From positions 1 to 49,342 of the IMG/VR virus record IMGVR_UViG_3300020045_002407: a stretch of 49,342 nucleotides of DNA; one strand, written 5' to 3'. This stretch comes from a virus. Lineage: Duplodnaviria; Caudoviricetes. Shown here in pieces: positions 16,258 through 24,758 of the stretch. Positions within the stretch are counted from its first letter, which is position 1. Each line of letters starts with the position of its first letter. The notes under the pieces are model-generated. The model was not told the origin of the DNA. It was given only the letters and a program-made list of their open reading frames with translations, and did no database searches. The position numbers were made by a program, and so were the translations under genes.

Positions 16258-17933
16258 TATTTTGCCCCTACAGACTTCTCTAGTGACTTCCAGTAAGCAG
16301 TCGCCTCTTGCACATCGGCGTCTGGGTACTTACGCATAAACGCCTCAATGGTTGGCGAACGGAATACGATTCTTCCGCCAATGCGCTGGGTAAGCGGGTC
16401 ATTCAGTGTAGCAGCGACGAACTTAGCCCTAGCATTAAGCGGCACGCCATTATTGGCAGTGGCTTGTTGATCTGCGAACTCGAGCATGTCGACGCGACGC
16501 TTTGCCCGTTCTTTACCAAGTTTAATGAGGAAGTCCCAAGCTTGCTTCGGGTCCGTGGTACGCGCCAATTCATCACCGATACGCACTTCGTCAGACCTTG
16601 TCTGAACACCCTTCTCACCGCGCAACGCCGCATTGGACATTTGCTTGATGATAGTATTAGCTTCGCGATTCTTGATAGCGTCACGAATAATCGGCGTATT
16701 GGGATCGATGCCTAGGCCTTGTAGCGCAGTGCCCACATAGCCCTGCACGCCGGCGAAGGCGTTAGTATTTGGGTCGATCTTTTCAAGGTTACTGTAGGCA
16801 TCCAGCTGCTCTTTAGCTGCAGTAGCCGAGTCTAGCATGGCGGTGTAGTCTGCGGCGTACACTTTGCCCATATTCTGCGCGCCTGACTTCATCAATGCCT
16901 CATTAGGCGCATTGCGGAACGGTGGCTCACCTTGTGGCGTACCCTGTGAGAACTTGGCGCGTTGCTCTGGGCTCATACCGCTTGTAGAGCTATTCTCAGC
17001 CCGCATTGGTAGCAGCGCACCTTGTGTAGGCTCGCTTGGTGTAGTTGGCCAATTAGGTAAATCGCCAGTAACTTCGCTATTACGCAAGCGAATTGCCCCG
17101 TTATCCCGCGCAATTTGCTGCATCGGCGATATTTGCATGCCTGGCAGCGGGGCTGATGGTTTATTGTCGGCAGCTGCTTGTGTGCGCTGTGCCGGCTCAA
17201 TCGGCGTAGCATTCGACGACGACGCGCTCTGCGACATACTAAATAGCTGATTTAGCACGGCCGGATTAACTGCGCCACCGAACTGGCTCACCGCACTGGA
17301 CATAGCAGAGTCTGTTTGCTCACGTATCCAAGCCGTACGCTCGGCCGGGTCTGCGAACTGCATGTCTTTGGCTTGTTGGCTATAGCTATTGAAGATCTTG
17401 CCGTACAGCGGGAGAATCTTCTCTACGCCAGCCGAAGCGCCACGCGCCGAGCTTGCTGCACTCATACGCAAGTTAGACAAGTCTCTACTGTCCAGCACAT
17501 CTTGGCCAACAGCGTCGTCGTAGCCCGCTTTGCTCGCTGCTACATTGTTTTGGTATCGTGCCGCCTCTTGCTCACCAAGCATACGCCCACCGGCGCCTAT
17601 GCCTCGAGACACAGCCTCAAACGGGCTTCGCGTCTTGCCCATGTTCTCAAGCCACGAGTATAAGCCATGCTCAGTAGGCGTGTAATTACCCATTGGGGGC
17701 TGGAGTAGCGACTGCTGGTAGGCCTGTAGTGCGGACTGGCGCTGCTGGTTAACTTGCTGCGATTGTTCCGGCGTGCCCATGCGCTGCATCAACATTTGTT
17801 GCGCTTGTTGCCTTGGGTCTTGCTGCGTAGGTGGCATAGGCTGCGACTGGCCTCTAGACAGCATCAGCTGCTGCAGGGCGCCAGTCACGTTAGGCGATTG
17901 CGCCGCCTCGCTTAGCGTTCCAACTTGTTCCAT
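16257..17933 (-). CDS. putative internal virion / DNA ejection protein
   Basis: 558 aa, Gln/Ala/Pro-rich; coupled to neighbours. Confidence 0.6.
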   Translation of the reverse strand: MEQVGTLSEAAQSPNVTGALQQLMLSRGQSQPMPPTQQDPRQQAQQMLMQRMGTPEQSQQVNQQRQSALQAYQQSLLQPPMGNYTPTEHGLYSWLENMGKTRSPFEAVSRGIGAGGRMLGEQEAARYQNNVAASKAGYDDAVGQDVLDSRDLSNLRMSAASSARGASAGVEKILPLYGKIFNSYSQQAKDMQFADPAERTAWIREQTDSAMSSAVSQFGGAVNPAVLNQLFSMSQSASSSNATPIEPAQRTQAAADNKPSAPLPGMQISPMQQIARDNGAIRLRNSEVTGDLPNWPTTPSEPTQGALLPMRAENSSTSGMSPEQRAKFSQGTPQGEPPFRNAPNEALMKSGAQNMGKVYAADYTAMLDSATAAKEQLDAYSNLEKIDPNTNAFAGVQGYVGTALQGLGIDPNTPIIRDAIKNREANTIIKQMSNAALRGEKGVQTRSDEVRIGDELARTTDPKQAWDFLIKLGKERAKRRVDMLEFADQQATANNGVPLNARAKFVAATLNDPLTQRIGGRIVFRSPTIEAFMRKYPDADVQEATAYWKSLEKSVGAK

Positions 17934-18643
17934 TAGATAATGCTCCGAAGCCAGTCTACCCCGCCTGCAATAGTGCCGTCATTAGCGGCTGTGTTCAGTG
18001 CACCGGTAGCCCCTGCAAATCTCTGCCAGCCAGTTGGATCAGCACCTGCTACTTGACTACCCATGATAGCTAGCGGATTAGTTGACTCAACAGCGTTTGA
18101 CGCTTGCGCCATTTGCCCAAGCGCGCCAATGGGGAAGTTAGCCTTAGTCATCCAGTTGGTAAAGTCTTGCTGGTCAGCATTGGCACCCATTTGGGTCCAA
18201 TCTTTGTAGTTCGTATTAGCTTGGTTCTGTGAGTTGTACAGAGTCTGCCCCATTTGCCCAGCCAGGTTGTACCCCTGATCGCGAATAGCTCTGTTGGTAA
18301 AGTCAGCGTTTCGCGTGGAGCCGAACTGTCCATTGCCTGCAAAGGTACTGTTGACGCCTGGAAGCACGTTCTCAAACAAGTTCTGATTGCTTAGCCGTGC
18401 CTGCTCATCTACCACGTTGGTGGTATACGGGTTCATGAACTCCTGCGCTTTACTTGCATCGTACTGAGCCAGTTGGCCCAACGCGCCAGTTCCAGATTGT
18501 TGGTTGTACCAGTTGCCCAGCGTGCTGTTCAGGTAGCCCTCGTTGCCAAGCATCCCGGTGATGCCGCCGGCAACGGCTTGACTAGCCTCCGTGGAGTACG
18601 CTGGATTCACATACTCAACAGTTGTTCCAGGTTCTCCAGCCAT
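17933..18643 (-). CDS. putative DNA transfer (pilot) protein
   Basis: FMNPYTTNVV...AGNGQFGSTR motif; Gly/Gln/Asn-rich. Confidence 0.65.
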   Translation of the reverse strand: MAGEPGTTVEYVNPAYSTEASQAVAGGITGMLGNEGYLNSTLGNWYNQQSGTGALGQLAQYDASKAQEFMNPYTTNVVDEQARLSNQNLFENVLPGVNSTFAGNGQFGSTRNADFTNRAIRDQGYNLAGQMGQTLYNSQNQANTNYKDWTQMGANADQQDFTNWMTKANFPIGALGQMAQASNAVESTNPLAIMGSQVAGADPTGWQRFAGATGALNTAANDGTIAGGVDWLRSII

Positions 18644-19587
18644 TACTTGCCTCCTTTAAGATATTGCTCTGGGCTCTTAGCTTTTGGTGGTATGTTTGTA
18701 GCGGGTGCGCTGCGCTTGTGCCTACGCAGATTCTCTCGCATTTTGTCGAGTCTAGCCGCGCCTGCGTCTGTGTTGCCATCGCCAAGCGCTGAGACTGAAT
18801 CGGCGTCCATGACGTACTCGCCATGCGAGGCTGCGATAGGTACATTGTCAAGTTGTCCGGTGCTTGCCCCTTTTAGCAAGCCCAGTGCTCCTTGGCATCC
18901 ACAACCTTTCGTCGCGCCGCCTTTGGCCATCTTTCTCCATGCCATTGAGGTAGCATGCGGGTTATCTTGCGTCATAGCGGGGGCGGACAGTGCTGGGGAG
19001 CCTTTTGCTGTTAGGGCTGAACCAACTTGTCCGGCCGTTGCGCCAAGCCCCAAGAGCGATGCCAGTGGGGATTTTTGTCCGTCGGAGCCGCTTACAAACC
19101 TGCTGAGCATATCGAGAAGAGAGCTGTTACTTCCGCCGCTGCTAGTTCCGGACTCTGGATTACTAAGCAGACGTTGCATCAGTGTTGCGTAGTTGCCGGC
19201 TACTGACATGTCCAGGCCACCTAGCGGAGCGTCTCCGCTGCCGCCACCTAGCTGTGCAATTAGCTGTGCATAGTTACCAGGCACCGCCATGTCCAAGCCG
19301 CCTAGCGGAGCACTGTAATCGCCGGAGCCCAGTTGCTCCATTAGCCGTTCGTAGTTGCCGGCCACCGACATATCATAGCCGCCAAGTGGCGCGTCTCCGC
19401 TGCCGCCGCCTAACTGAGACAGCAACTGATCGTAGTTGCCAGACACAGACATGTCTAAGCCACCTAGCGGAGCACTGTAATCGCCGGAGCCCAGCGAGCC
19501 TATAAGGTCGCCTAACGAATCTGAGCTATCCTCAGTAGGCAGCTCAAAATCACTACTGTCATCAAATAATTCATCAAACCAGCCCAT
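18643..19587 (-). CDS. putative internal virion protein with 27-aa repeats and MAKGG...HGEYV domain
   Basis: MAKGG...GQLDNVPIAASHGEYVMDADSVSALGDG; start probably ATG 19587. Confidence 0.65.
   Translation of the reverse strand: MGWFDELFDDSSDFELPTEDSSDSLGDLIGSLGSGDYSAPLGGLDMSVSGNYDQLLSQLGGGSGDAPLGGYDMSVAGNYERLMEQLGSGDYSAPLGGLDMAVPGNYAQLIAQLGGGSGDAPLGGLDMSVAGNYATLMQRLLSNPESGTSSGGSNSSLLDMLSRFVSGSDGQKSPLASLLGLGATAGQVGSALTAKGSPALSAPAMTQDNPHATSMAWRKMAKGGATKGCGCQGALGLLKGASTGQLDNVPIAASHGEYVMDADSVSALGDGNTDAGAARLDKMRENLRRHKRSAPATNIPPKAKSPEQYLKGGK
19171..19494 (-). repeat. four imperfect 81-bp (27-aa) tandem repeats, ABAB
   Basis: LGSGDYSAPLGGLDM..GNY..L..Q alternating with LGGGSGDAPLGG.DMSVAGNY..L. 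Confidence 0.9.
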
Positions 19588-19603
19588 AGTATATGTCCAA
19601 AGT

Positions 19604-21373
19604 TTAGGGTCTAATGTCGCCTTGTTCAAGGTGAACTAATGTTTTGCCGCCTTCGTAAAATCCACCTAAGCTGTTGGACTCGAATTTCAGCCGAAATTCC
19701 CGAGCTTGCTCGCGTAAGTCTATTTTACCTGCTTCCGGCGAAAAAGTATACAAGCGGCTGGCTACGTCTGCAAACTGCGCCCATTGCCTGCTGACTACCT
19801 GTACAGTCATATCTCCAGACATATTGAAGTCAGGCTCTATGCGCGTGATACGAGTATTGAAGTCTCCACCACCCTTGGCTCCCTCCTGTGGTCCACCGGT
19901 AGGCATACCAAAATCGCAGGTAGAAAAACTGGATGGGATGCTCGTAATCACGCCACCCTCATTCGCGTCGTAGCCCAGCTCATGCGAGTAGACTGAGTAC
20001 AGTACTTTCACGTCGGTTACACGCCCAGTAATACCAGAACCGGTTATGCCTTCAGTAGTGAAATTCAGGCTGTTGGTGCGCACTACTTTTACCACAAACG
20101 GCCCGGCACCAGTGATCGACAGTACAACGCCCTGCGCTCCGCTCGAAGACCCTTGTAAGTATTGCCCAGTAGCCAAGGCCCCAGAGTCAACAGTTATGCT
20201 CAAGTTAAGCTGTGAGTTAGGCGTGTTTCCCATCATTACTGGGTAGCGATACGCGGCGGGTGAATAGCCGTACCCGCGGCTAATGGCAGTGTCATACCAA
20301 GTCTTTAGGCGGTAATTAAAGATAATAGCATGGTTGCATTCGGTTGACGAGCCTTTGGGAAAGTGCCACCAAATCTCACCGAATCGCGAAATCTTCATCG
20401 CAAACACCTTCTGGCGTTGCGCAAAATTCAGGTTGTCAAAAAACCATTGAAGATTCATATCATTGGGAAGCTCTTCAACCTGCGCTCCGTTAGTGACCAT
20501 GAACCTGTCAATGCCTATCCAAAACCACTTGCTGTCTACTTCTATGACGCAGCGCTGGGATAGTATACTGGACTCAGTGCTAATGTGCGAAAACTTGAAG
20601 ATGGAGGCACCGCCGACCCAGTCCATACGCAAAACTGAGTCCAGGGACCATAACAAAGCCCCTGAGGCGTTGCCGGTGCGTAGTGGGAGTCCAACTACAA
20701 TCTTAGTGCCAGTTACTCGGTCGGAGCCCGCATCTCCTGTGGTATAGTTCTGAGGAGAGTTGATGTCTGACCACGTAACATTACCATCATTACCAAGAAG
20801 CACAGTATAAGGCTGCGTACAAAATAAACCCCCAGCGCACTTCGCATTTACGTCAGCTATGGGGGTCATTACGGCAAGGTTATTCAGCGGGGTGACGTAC
20901 ACAGGGACCAAAGTGGGGTCGTCCATGTTCTGCAGAGTCTGAATGGGTGCGGCCAGCAACAGCGTGGCCTCTGCGCCTGAGGCGTCATCATACAGGTAGT
21001 CGTAGCTCCACATAACCGTGCTCTGGGGCGTGTAACCCGCAGGCGTTATGCTCTGTACACCCGAACCAACTCCACCTTGGTCCGTTGTACAAAACTCAAC
21101 TCCCGTGATAGAGAACGCGCAGCACAAGTTAGTGAACTGTCTTGACCAAAAGAATCCGTTGTAGATGGGACCGGAGAAGTTAGGGGAAATTTCCTGGAAT
21201 CCGCCTATCTTGCGTGGCTTACTCTTAATGAACCTGCACCACTGGGCTTCAGAGTAGTAGTCGCTATCCGTGCTGGTTCCATCCCGCCGCACGCCGGGGA
21301 GCGACGGGAGCACGATGGTCTCAGACACCTTTTGCTGCTGTATCTGAGGCGCTTGGGGCTGTTGTTTGCTCAT
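19604..21373 (-). CDS. tail nozzle / head-closure protein (P22 gp10 or T7 gp12-like)
   Basis: PGVRRDGT...WCRF...PRKIGG N-terminus; beta-rich; position after adaptor and fibre genes. Confidence 0.7.
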   Translation of the reverse strand: MSKQQPQAPQIQQQKVSETIVLPSLPGVRRDGTSTDSDYYSEAQWCRFIKSKPRKIGGFQEISPNFSGPIYNGFFWSRQFTNLCCAFSITGVEFCTTDQGGVGSGVQSITPAGYTPQSTVMWSYDYLYDDASGAEATLLLAAPIQTLQNMDDPTLVPVYVTPLNNLAVMTPIADVNAKCAGGLFCTQPYTVLLGNDGNVTWSDINSPQNYTTGDAGSDRVTGTKIVVGLPLRTGNASGALLWSLDSVLRMDWVGGASIFKFSHISTESSILSQRCVIEVDSKWFWIGIDRFMVTNGAQVEELPNDMNLQWFFDNLNFAQRQKVFAMKISRFGEIWWHFPKGSSTECNHAIIFNYRLKTWYDTAISRGYGYSPAAYRYPVMMGNTPNSQLNLSITVDSGALATGQYLQGSSSGAQGVVLSITGAGPFVVKVVRTNSLNFTTEGITGSGITGRVTDVKVLYSVYSHELGYDANEGGVITSIPSSFSTCDFGMPTGGPQEGAKGGGDFNTRITRIEPDFNMSGDMTVQVVSRQWAQFADVASRLYTFSPEAGKIDLREQAREFRLKFESNSLGGFYEGGKTLVHLEQGDIRP

Positions 21374-21759
21374 ACCTCAATCCATCCATGACCTTTAACT
21401 ACCTTAATCCTAACTGGCACGAAGGAGTCAGTAATTATTTTAGACGTGGTTCCGTTAATTGAGTCAGCCGCGCCGGGCAGTATGGTCACGAGAGAAGCGC
21501 CAGAAATTTTCACCATAGTGTAGGACTTTCCGCCTCTTGCCGTCGGCAGCTGCAGGGCTACTGGCGCAGCGGCCTCTACAAAAATAAAATCGTCGTCGTA
21601 CGTCAAGGCGTAATCTCCGCTAACCACTCGTGTTGCCTCACTGCCTTGGAAAGCTAGTACCTGCTCGTGCGTGACAACTCGGTCCGCGGAATGGGAGTGT
21701 AATGGGCAATCCCCGCCGCTAGTCAAGGACTGAAGCTGGTCTGCCGTAAGCTCAGCCAT
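21370..21759 (-). CDS. small tail-associated protein
   Basis: DYALTYDDDFIFV...LQLPTA..GKSYTMVK...ING resembles domains in the 24755 fibre. Confidence 0.55.
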   Translation of the reverse strand: MAELTADQLQSLTSGGDCPLHSHSADRVVTHEQVLAFQGSEATRVVSGDYALTYDDDFIFVEAAAPVALQLPTARGGKSYTMVKISGASLVTILPGAADSINGTTSKIITDSFVPVRIKVVKGHGWIEV

Positions 21760-24025
21760 GGCGCAGCTTCATTAGCGGGCCAGTAACTATGCCGCCAGCC
21801 GCGTACTGAGTTGGGGCGTTTAGCCATACCTCTGGCCCAACAGCATCAGCTTCGTCTCGCATTTGCTGCGTAGCCTCCCAACCATTGGGCGTCCACTGTG
21901 TACCTCTGTAGGCTCCACCCACGGTAGGCCTAAGCGTAGACCCAATAGGCTGGCTAGCTGCGCCGTTAGCCGCGTTGCCGTTATTCCAATTCATAGCGCC
22001 GCCAGCATTGTTGGTAGCACTGGTGGTAGGACTCGCTTTAGAGACCTGTCTAGCTATTGAAGCCTGATACTGTGCCTCTTGCGCTTGAGCCGGTGTCATG
22101 CCTTGCTCGATAAAACCTTGAAACTCATCATCCTTGACTTGCTGAGCGCTATCGCGTACTCCCGCTAGTCCGTGATCGTATAGAAATTGCTGTGCATCAC
22201 CTGCGAGCGCCACGGCTTTGCCGCCATTCATATCCATCATCTGCTGTCTTTGTGCAAATGACAAGTTATCATTGATGTGCCACACAGACCCGTCTGTTAG
22301 ACCTTTAAGGCGCTGATTGCGTTCGGCGTCCGTCGCGCCCAGTGAATCATAGTAGCTCTGTACATCAGCTAGCGAGCCATCTCCATAGTTCCAGTTCCAG
22401 GTATTATTGGTCTTCCAGTCACCAGCTGACGCAGGCCCACCGACGTTACTCACGCCAACGGCACCATTATACATGGGATTGGCGGCATTAATATTGGCGG
22501 CGCGTTCACCGTCGGACCATCTATACAAGGCATTGGGGTCGTCTATGCTAGTAGGCGTAGTGTTGTTGAATGCGTCAAAGTAGGCCTGTGACTGCTTAGT
22601 TAGATTTGTCGCCTGGCCATTGGCATCTAAGAAGCCGTGCGCCTGGGCGTACGCCCTATCCGTGCCGGAAGAATCTCCCAGCATCCTGGCTAGAAGTTCT
22701 GGGCTACCTTGCTCAGAGTCATTATTCTGCGCCCTCCAATAGTCGGCTCCACCTTGATCCGCTTGTCGGCCAAACATATTACCGTAAGCTTGGTCGATAT
22801 TCAAATAGTCGGCGGGGCGTTCTGACGAAGCTTTATCGCTGGCAGAATACAGCGCAGCCACACCGTTCCTGGTGGTCTCATCATAGGCCGCTGAGTTAAA
22901 CCCCGACAAGTCTGCCTGGTTTTTCCAGTAGTCCATCCCAGCAGCATCTGGCGCACGACCGAGCCGATCTTGGTACGCTTTTGTAATCTCTTCTTCGGTA
23001 GCGAATTCCTCGAGCCCAGTGTGGGGATTGGTGCGGCCTTGTCCTACATACAGCTCGTCAGGCGTGCCACCTAGCTGACTAATCAGAGCTTCTATCTGTC
23101 GCATCAACTCAGGGCTATTGTCAACAACCTCTGCTGGAATAACCACTTCTCCTGGGGTTAGGTGCGCTACCCTGGTATCGCCATTACGGCCTTGCTGGGC
23201 CAGCATGCTCAGTGGACTTTTCACTTTTCCGCCTTTCTTGTAGCCGCCGCTATCACTACTGTCGCTATTACTAGAGTACCCACTGCCACCATAAGGGCTA
23301 TAGTTGTTATTTCCGCTGCTGCTATACGAGAACCCAGTGCCGTATCCCCCTGTGTCGGTGGCATGACTATCAGAGTTAGTGCCTGCTTCGGCGTTTTCCT
23401 GAGACTGCGCCATGCCTGTAGCGCTAATCTCAGCGGCCGTAGAAAGATCTTCACCAGAAAGCCGCAAGTCGCCTAGGTTGTCGGTGCCGGGGGTGTAGCG
23501 CTCACCGGGGGTGTAGCCGTTGTACTCTGATCTCTCGTTCAGTAGACCACCGGACTCGCCGCCTAGCTTGGCGTAGTCTCTGGAGTCAAACAATGAACTC
23601 ACCGCTCTAGCAGGGTCTACTCCAAGAAACTTTGCAAGCATAAGCGGCAAGCCAACTCCAGGTATCGCGGCCCCAAGTACCGTGTTAACTACACTACGAC
23701 GCGCGCTGTCCCACGTATCTGCCTCGCTCTTGTCGTCTATATAGCTGCCTGCTAAAGATTTCACTAGTCCGCTAAGGGGGCCTAGCTGCGAGGTAACTGC
23801 GCCTAGTACAGTATTGACAAGCGCCTGACTAATGCCCCGTGGTAGCTCAAACGAACTTTGGTTAGGCGAGTCTGCCGGCTGATATGCCTCGCTAGGCACA
23901 CCTTGGTTAGCGAGTTGGCTCAGCGGGCTAGTCTGCGGATAAGCGCCACTTGATGAACCTTGCCCTAGGCGCTTGCGTCGTTCAAGCTCATCTAGGTCGC
24001 TTACGCCTTGAATGCCAGTAATCAT
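21752..24025 (-). CDS. putative internal virion protein with DUF4214-like repeats
   Basis: YKKGG, GRNGDTRVAHLTPGEVVIP, NPHTGLEEF, two AY...GR..D.GG.DYW-type repeats, C-terminal YAAGG. Confidence 0.65.
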   Translation of the reverse strand: MITGIQGVSDLDELERRKRLGQGSSSGAYPQTSPLSQLANQGVPSEAYQPADSPNQSSFELPRGISQALVNTVLGAVTSQLGPLSGLVKSLAGSYIDDKSEADTWDSARRSVVNTVLGAAIPGVGLPLMLAKFLGVDPARAVSSLFDSRDYAKLGGESGGLLNERSEYNGYTPGERYTPGTDNLGDLRLSGEDLSTAAEISATGMAQSQENAEAGTNSDSHATDTGGYGTGFSYSSSGNNNYSPYGGSGYSSNSDSSDSGGYKKGGKVKSPLSMLAQQGRNGDTRVAHLTPGEVVIPAEVVDNSPELMRQIEALISQLGGTPDELYVGQGRTNPHTGLEEFATEEEITKAYQDRLGRAPDAAGMDYWKNQADLSGFNSAAYDETTRNGVAALYSASDKASSERPADYLNIDQAYGNMFGRQADQGGADYWRAQNNDSEQGSPELLARMLGDSSGTDRAYAQAHGFLDANGQATNLTKQSQAYFDAFNNTTPTSIDDPNALYRWSDGERAANINAANPMYNGAVGVSNVGGPASAGDWKTNNTWNWNYGDGSLADVQSYYDSLGATDAERNQRLKGLTDGSVWHINDNLSFAQRQQMMDMNGGKAVALAGDAQQFLYDHGLAGVRDSAQQVKDDEFQGFIEQGMTPAQAQEAQYQASIARQVSKASPTTSATNNAGGAMNWNNGNAANGAASQPIGSTLRPTVGGAYRGTQWTPNGWEATQQMRDEADAVGPEVWLNAPTQYAAGGIVTGPLMKLRHG

Positions 24026-24049
24026 GAATATTCCTCGATCAGTTTATCC

Positions 24050-24060
24050 ATTATACCGCG
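24050..24060 (-). promoter_or_regulatory. putative promoter -10 element
   Basis: GCGGTATAAT in the intergenic gap ahead of a GAGG RBS; weak -35. Confidence 0.4.
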
Positions 24061-24114
24061 CTCGCGACACGGCGTATCCACTGGACTCGAAAATTAGTTG
24101 CGAATCATCGTGTG

Positions 24115-24345
24115 CTATCGATACTCAACCGGCAGCTGCTCACGCGCCATCTCTATACCGTAGCACTCCTGGCAATGATTTTCGTCCCAGAAGAATAGTC
24201 GGTCAATCCACTTGATGAGCGCGGGGTGCTCTTTTCTGAGCCTGTAGGCCCGCGCGGACAGCATCTCGTCAGGCTTGCCGTATCCATCACATAGCTTAAT
24301 TTTGGTATTTATAGTCTGATCTACGCCAATCCAAAACCCGCTCAT
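24115..24345 (-). CDS. small tail-fibre-associated protein
   Basis: DQTIN...PDEMLSARAYR...IDRLFFWDENHC; similar to 38936-39142. Confidence 0.65.
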   Translation of the reverse strand: MSGFWIGVDQTINTKIKLCDGYGKPDEMLSARAYRLRKEHPALIKWIDRLFFWDENHCQECYGIEMAREQLPVEYR

Positions 24346-24758
24346 ACTAGTACGCCCTCGATAAAGAAAGTGTCCACATCAGCTTCAGTTTTTCCCAAGG
24401 CTGTCATCATTTGGTTTATCATTGGATTCGTGCGCAGAAACTCTGTTGCTGTCTGGTACGTTATTTTCAATTCAATATCGCTTGACACGGCAATGATCCC
24501 TTCCACAATTTCGTACAAGCCAGAACGGACCAGTTGGATAAAGAACTGACGACGAGTGAGTAGGCTGGGTATTATTGGTTGGATTACTGGGGGTGGGGCC
24601 AACTCAATACCATTTAGACCCGAGTTCGCTTGATACGCGGTCCAGTTTTGAGAGATTGATTCATCAACCTGAATGTAATTTCCGACGTGCGAGGCGTGAA
24701 TGTCTTGTCGATAAAGCCCGGTCAATTTACCGTTTGCGTCATGGGTTACGTAGATCAT
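24342..24758 (-). CDS. putative tail fibre assembly chaperone
   Basis: LTRRQFF...ATEFLRTNPMINQMMTALG...VDTFF; ATGA overlap with the fibre gene. Confidence 0.65.
   Translation of the reverse strand: MIYVTHDANGKLTGLYRQDIHASHVGNYIQVDESISQNWTAYQANSGLNGIELAPPPVIQPIIPSLLTRRQFFIQLVRSGLYEIVEGIIAVSSDIELKITYQTATEFLRTNPMINQMMTALGKTEADVDTFFIEGVLV

Noticed and set aside
19171-19494. CRISPR array
   Set aside because: The repeats are in-frame coding units with synonymous divergence and no unique spacers; no cas genes.
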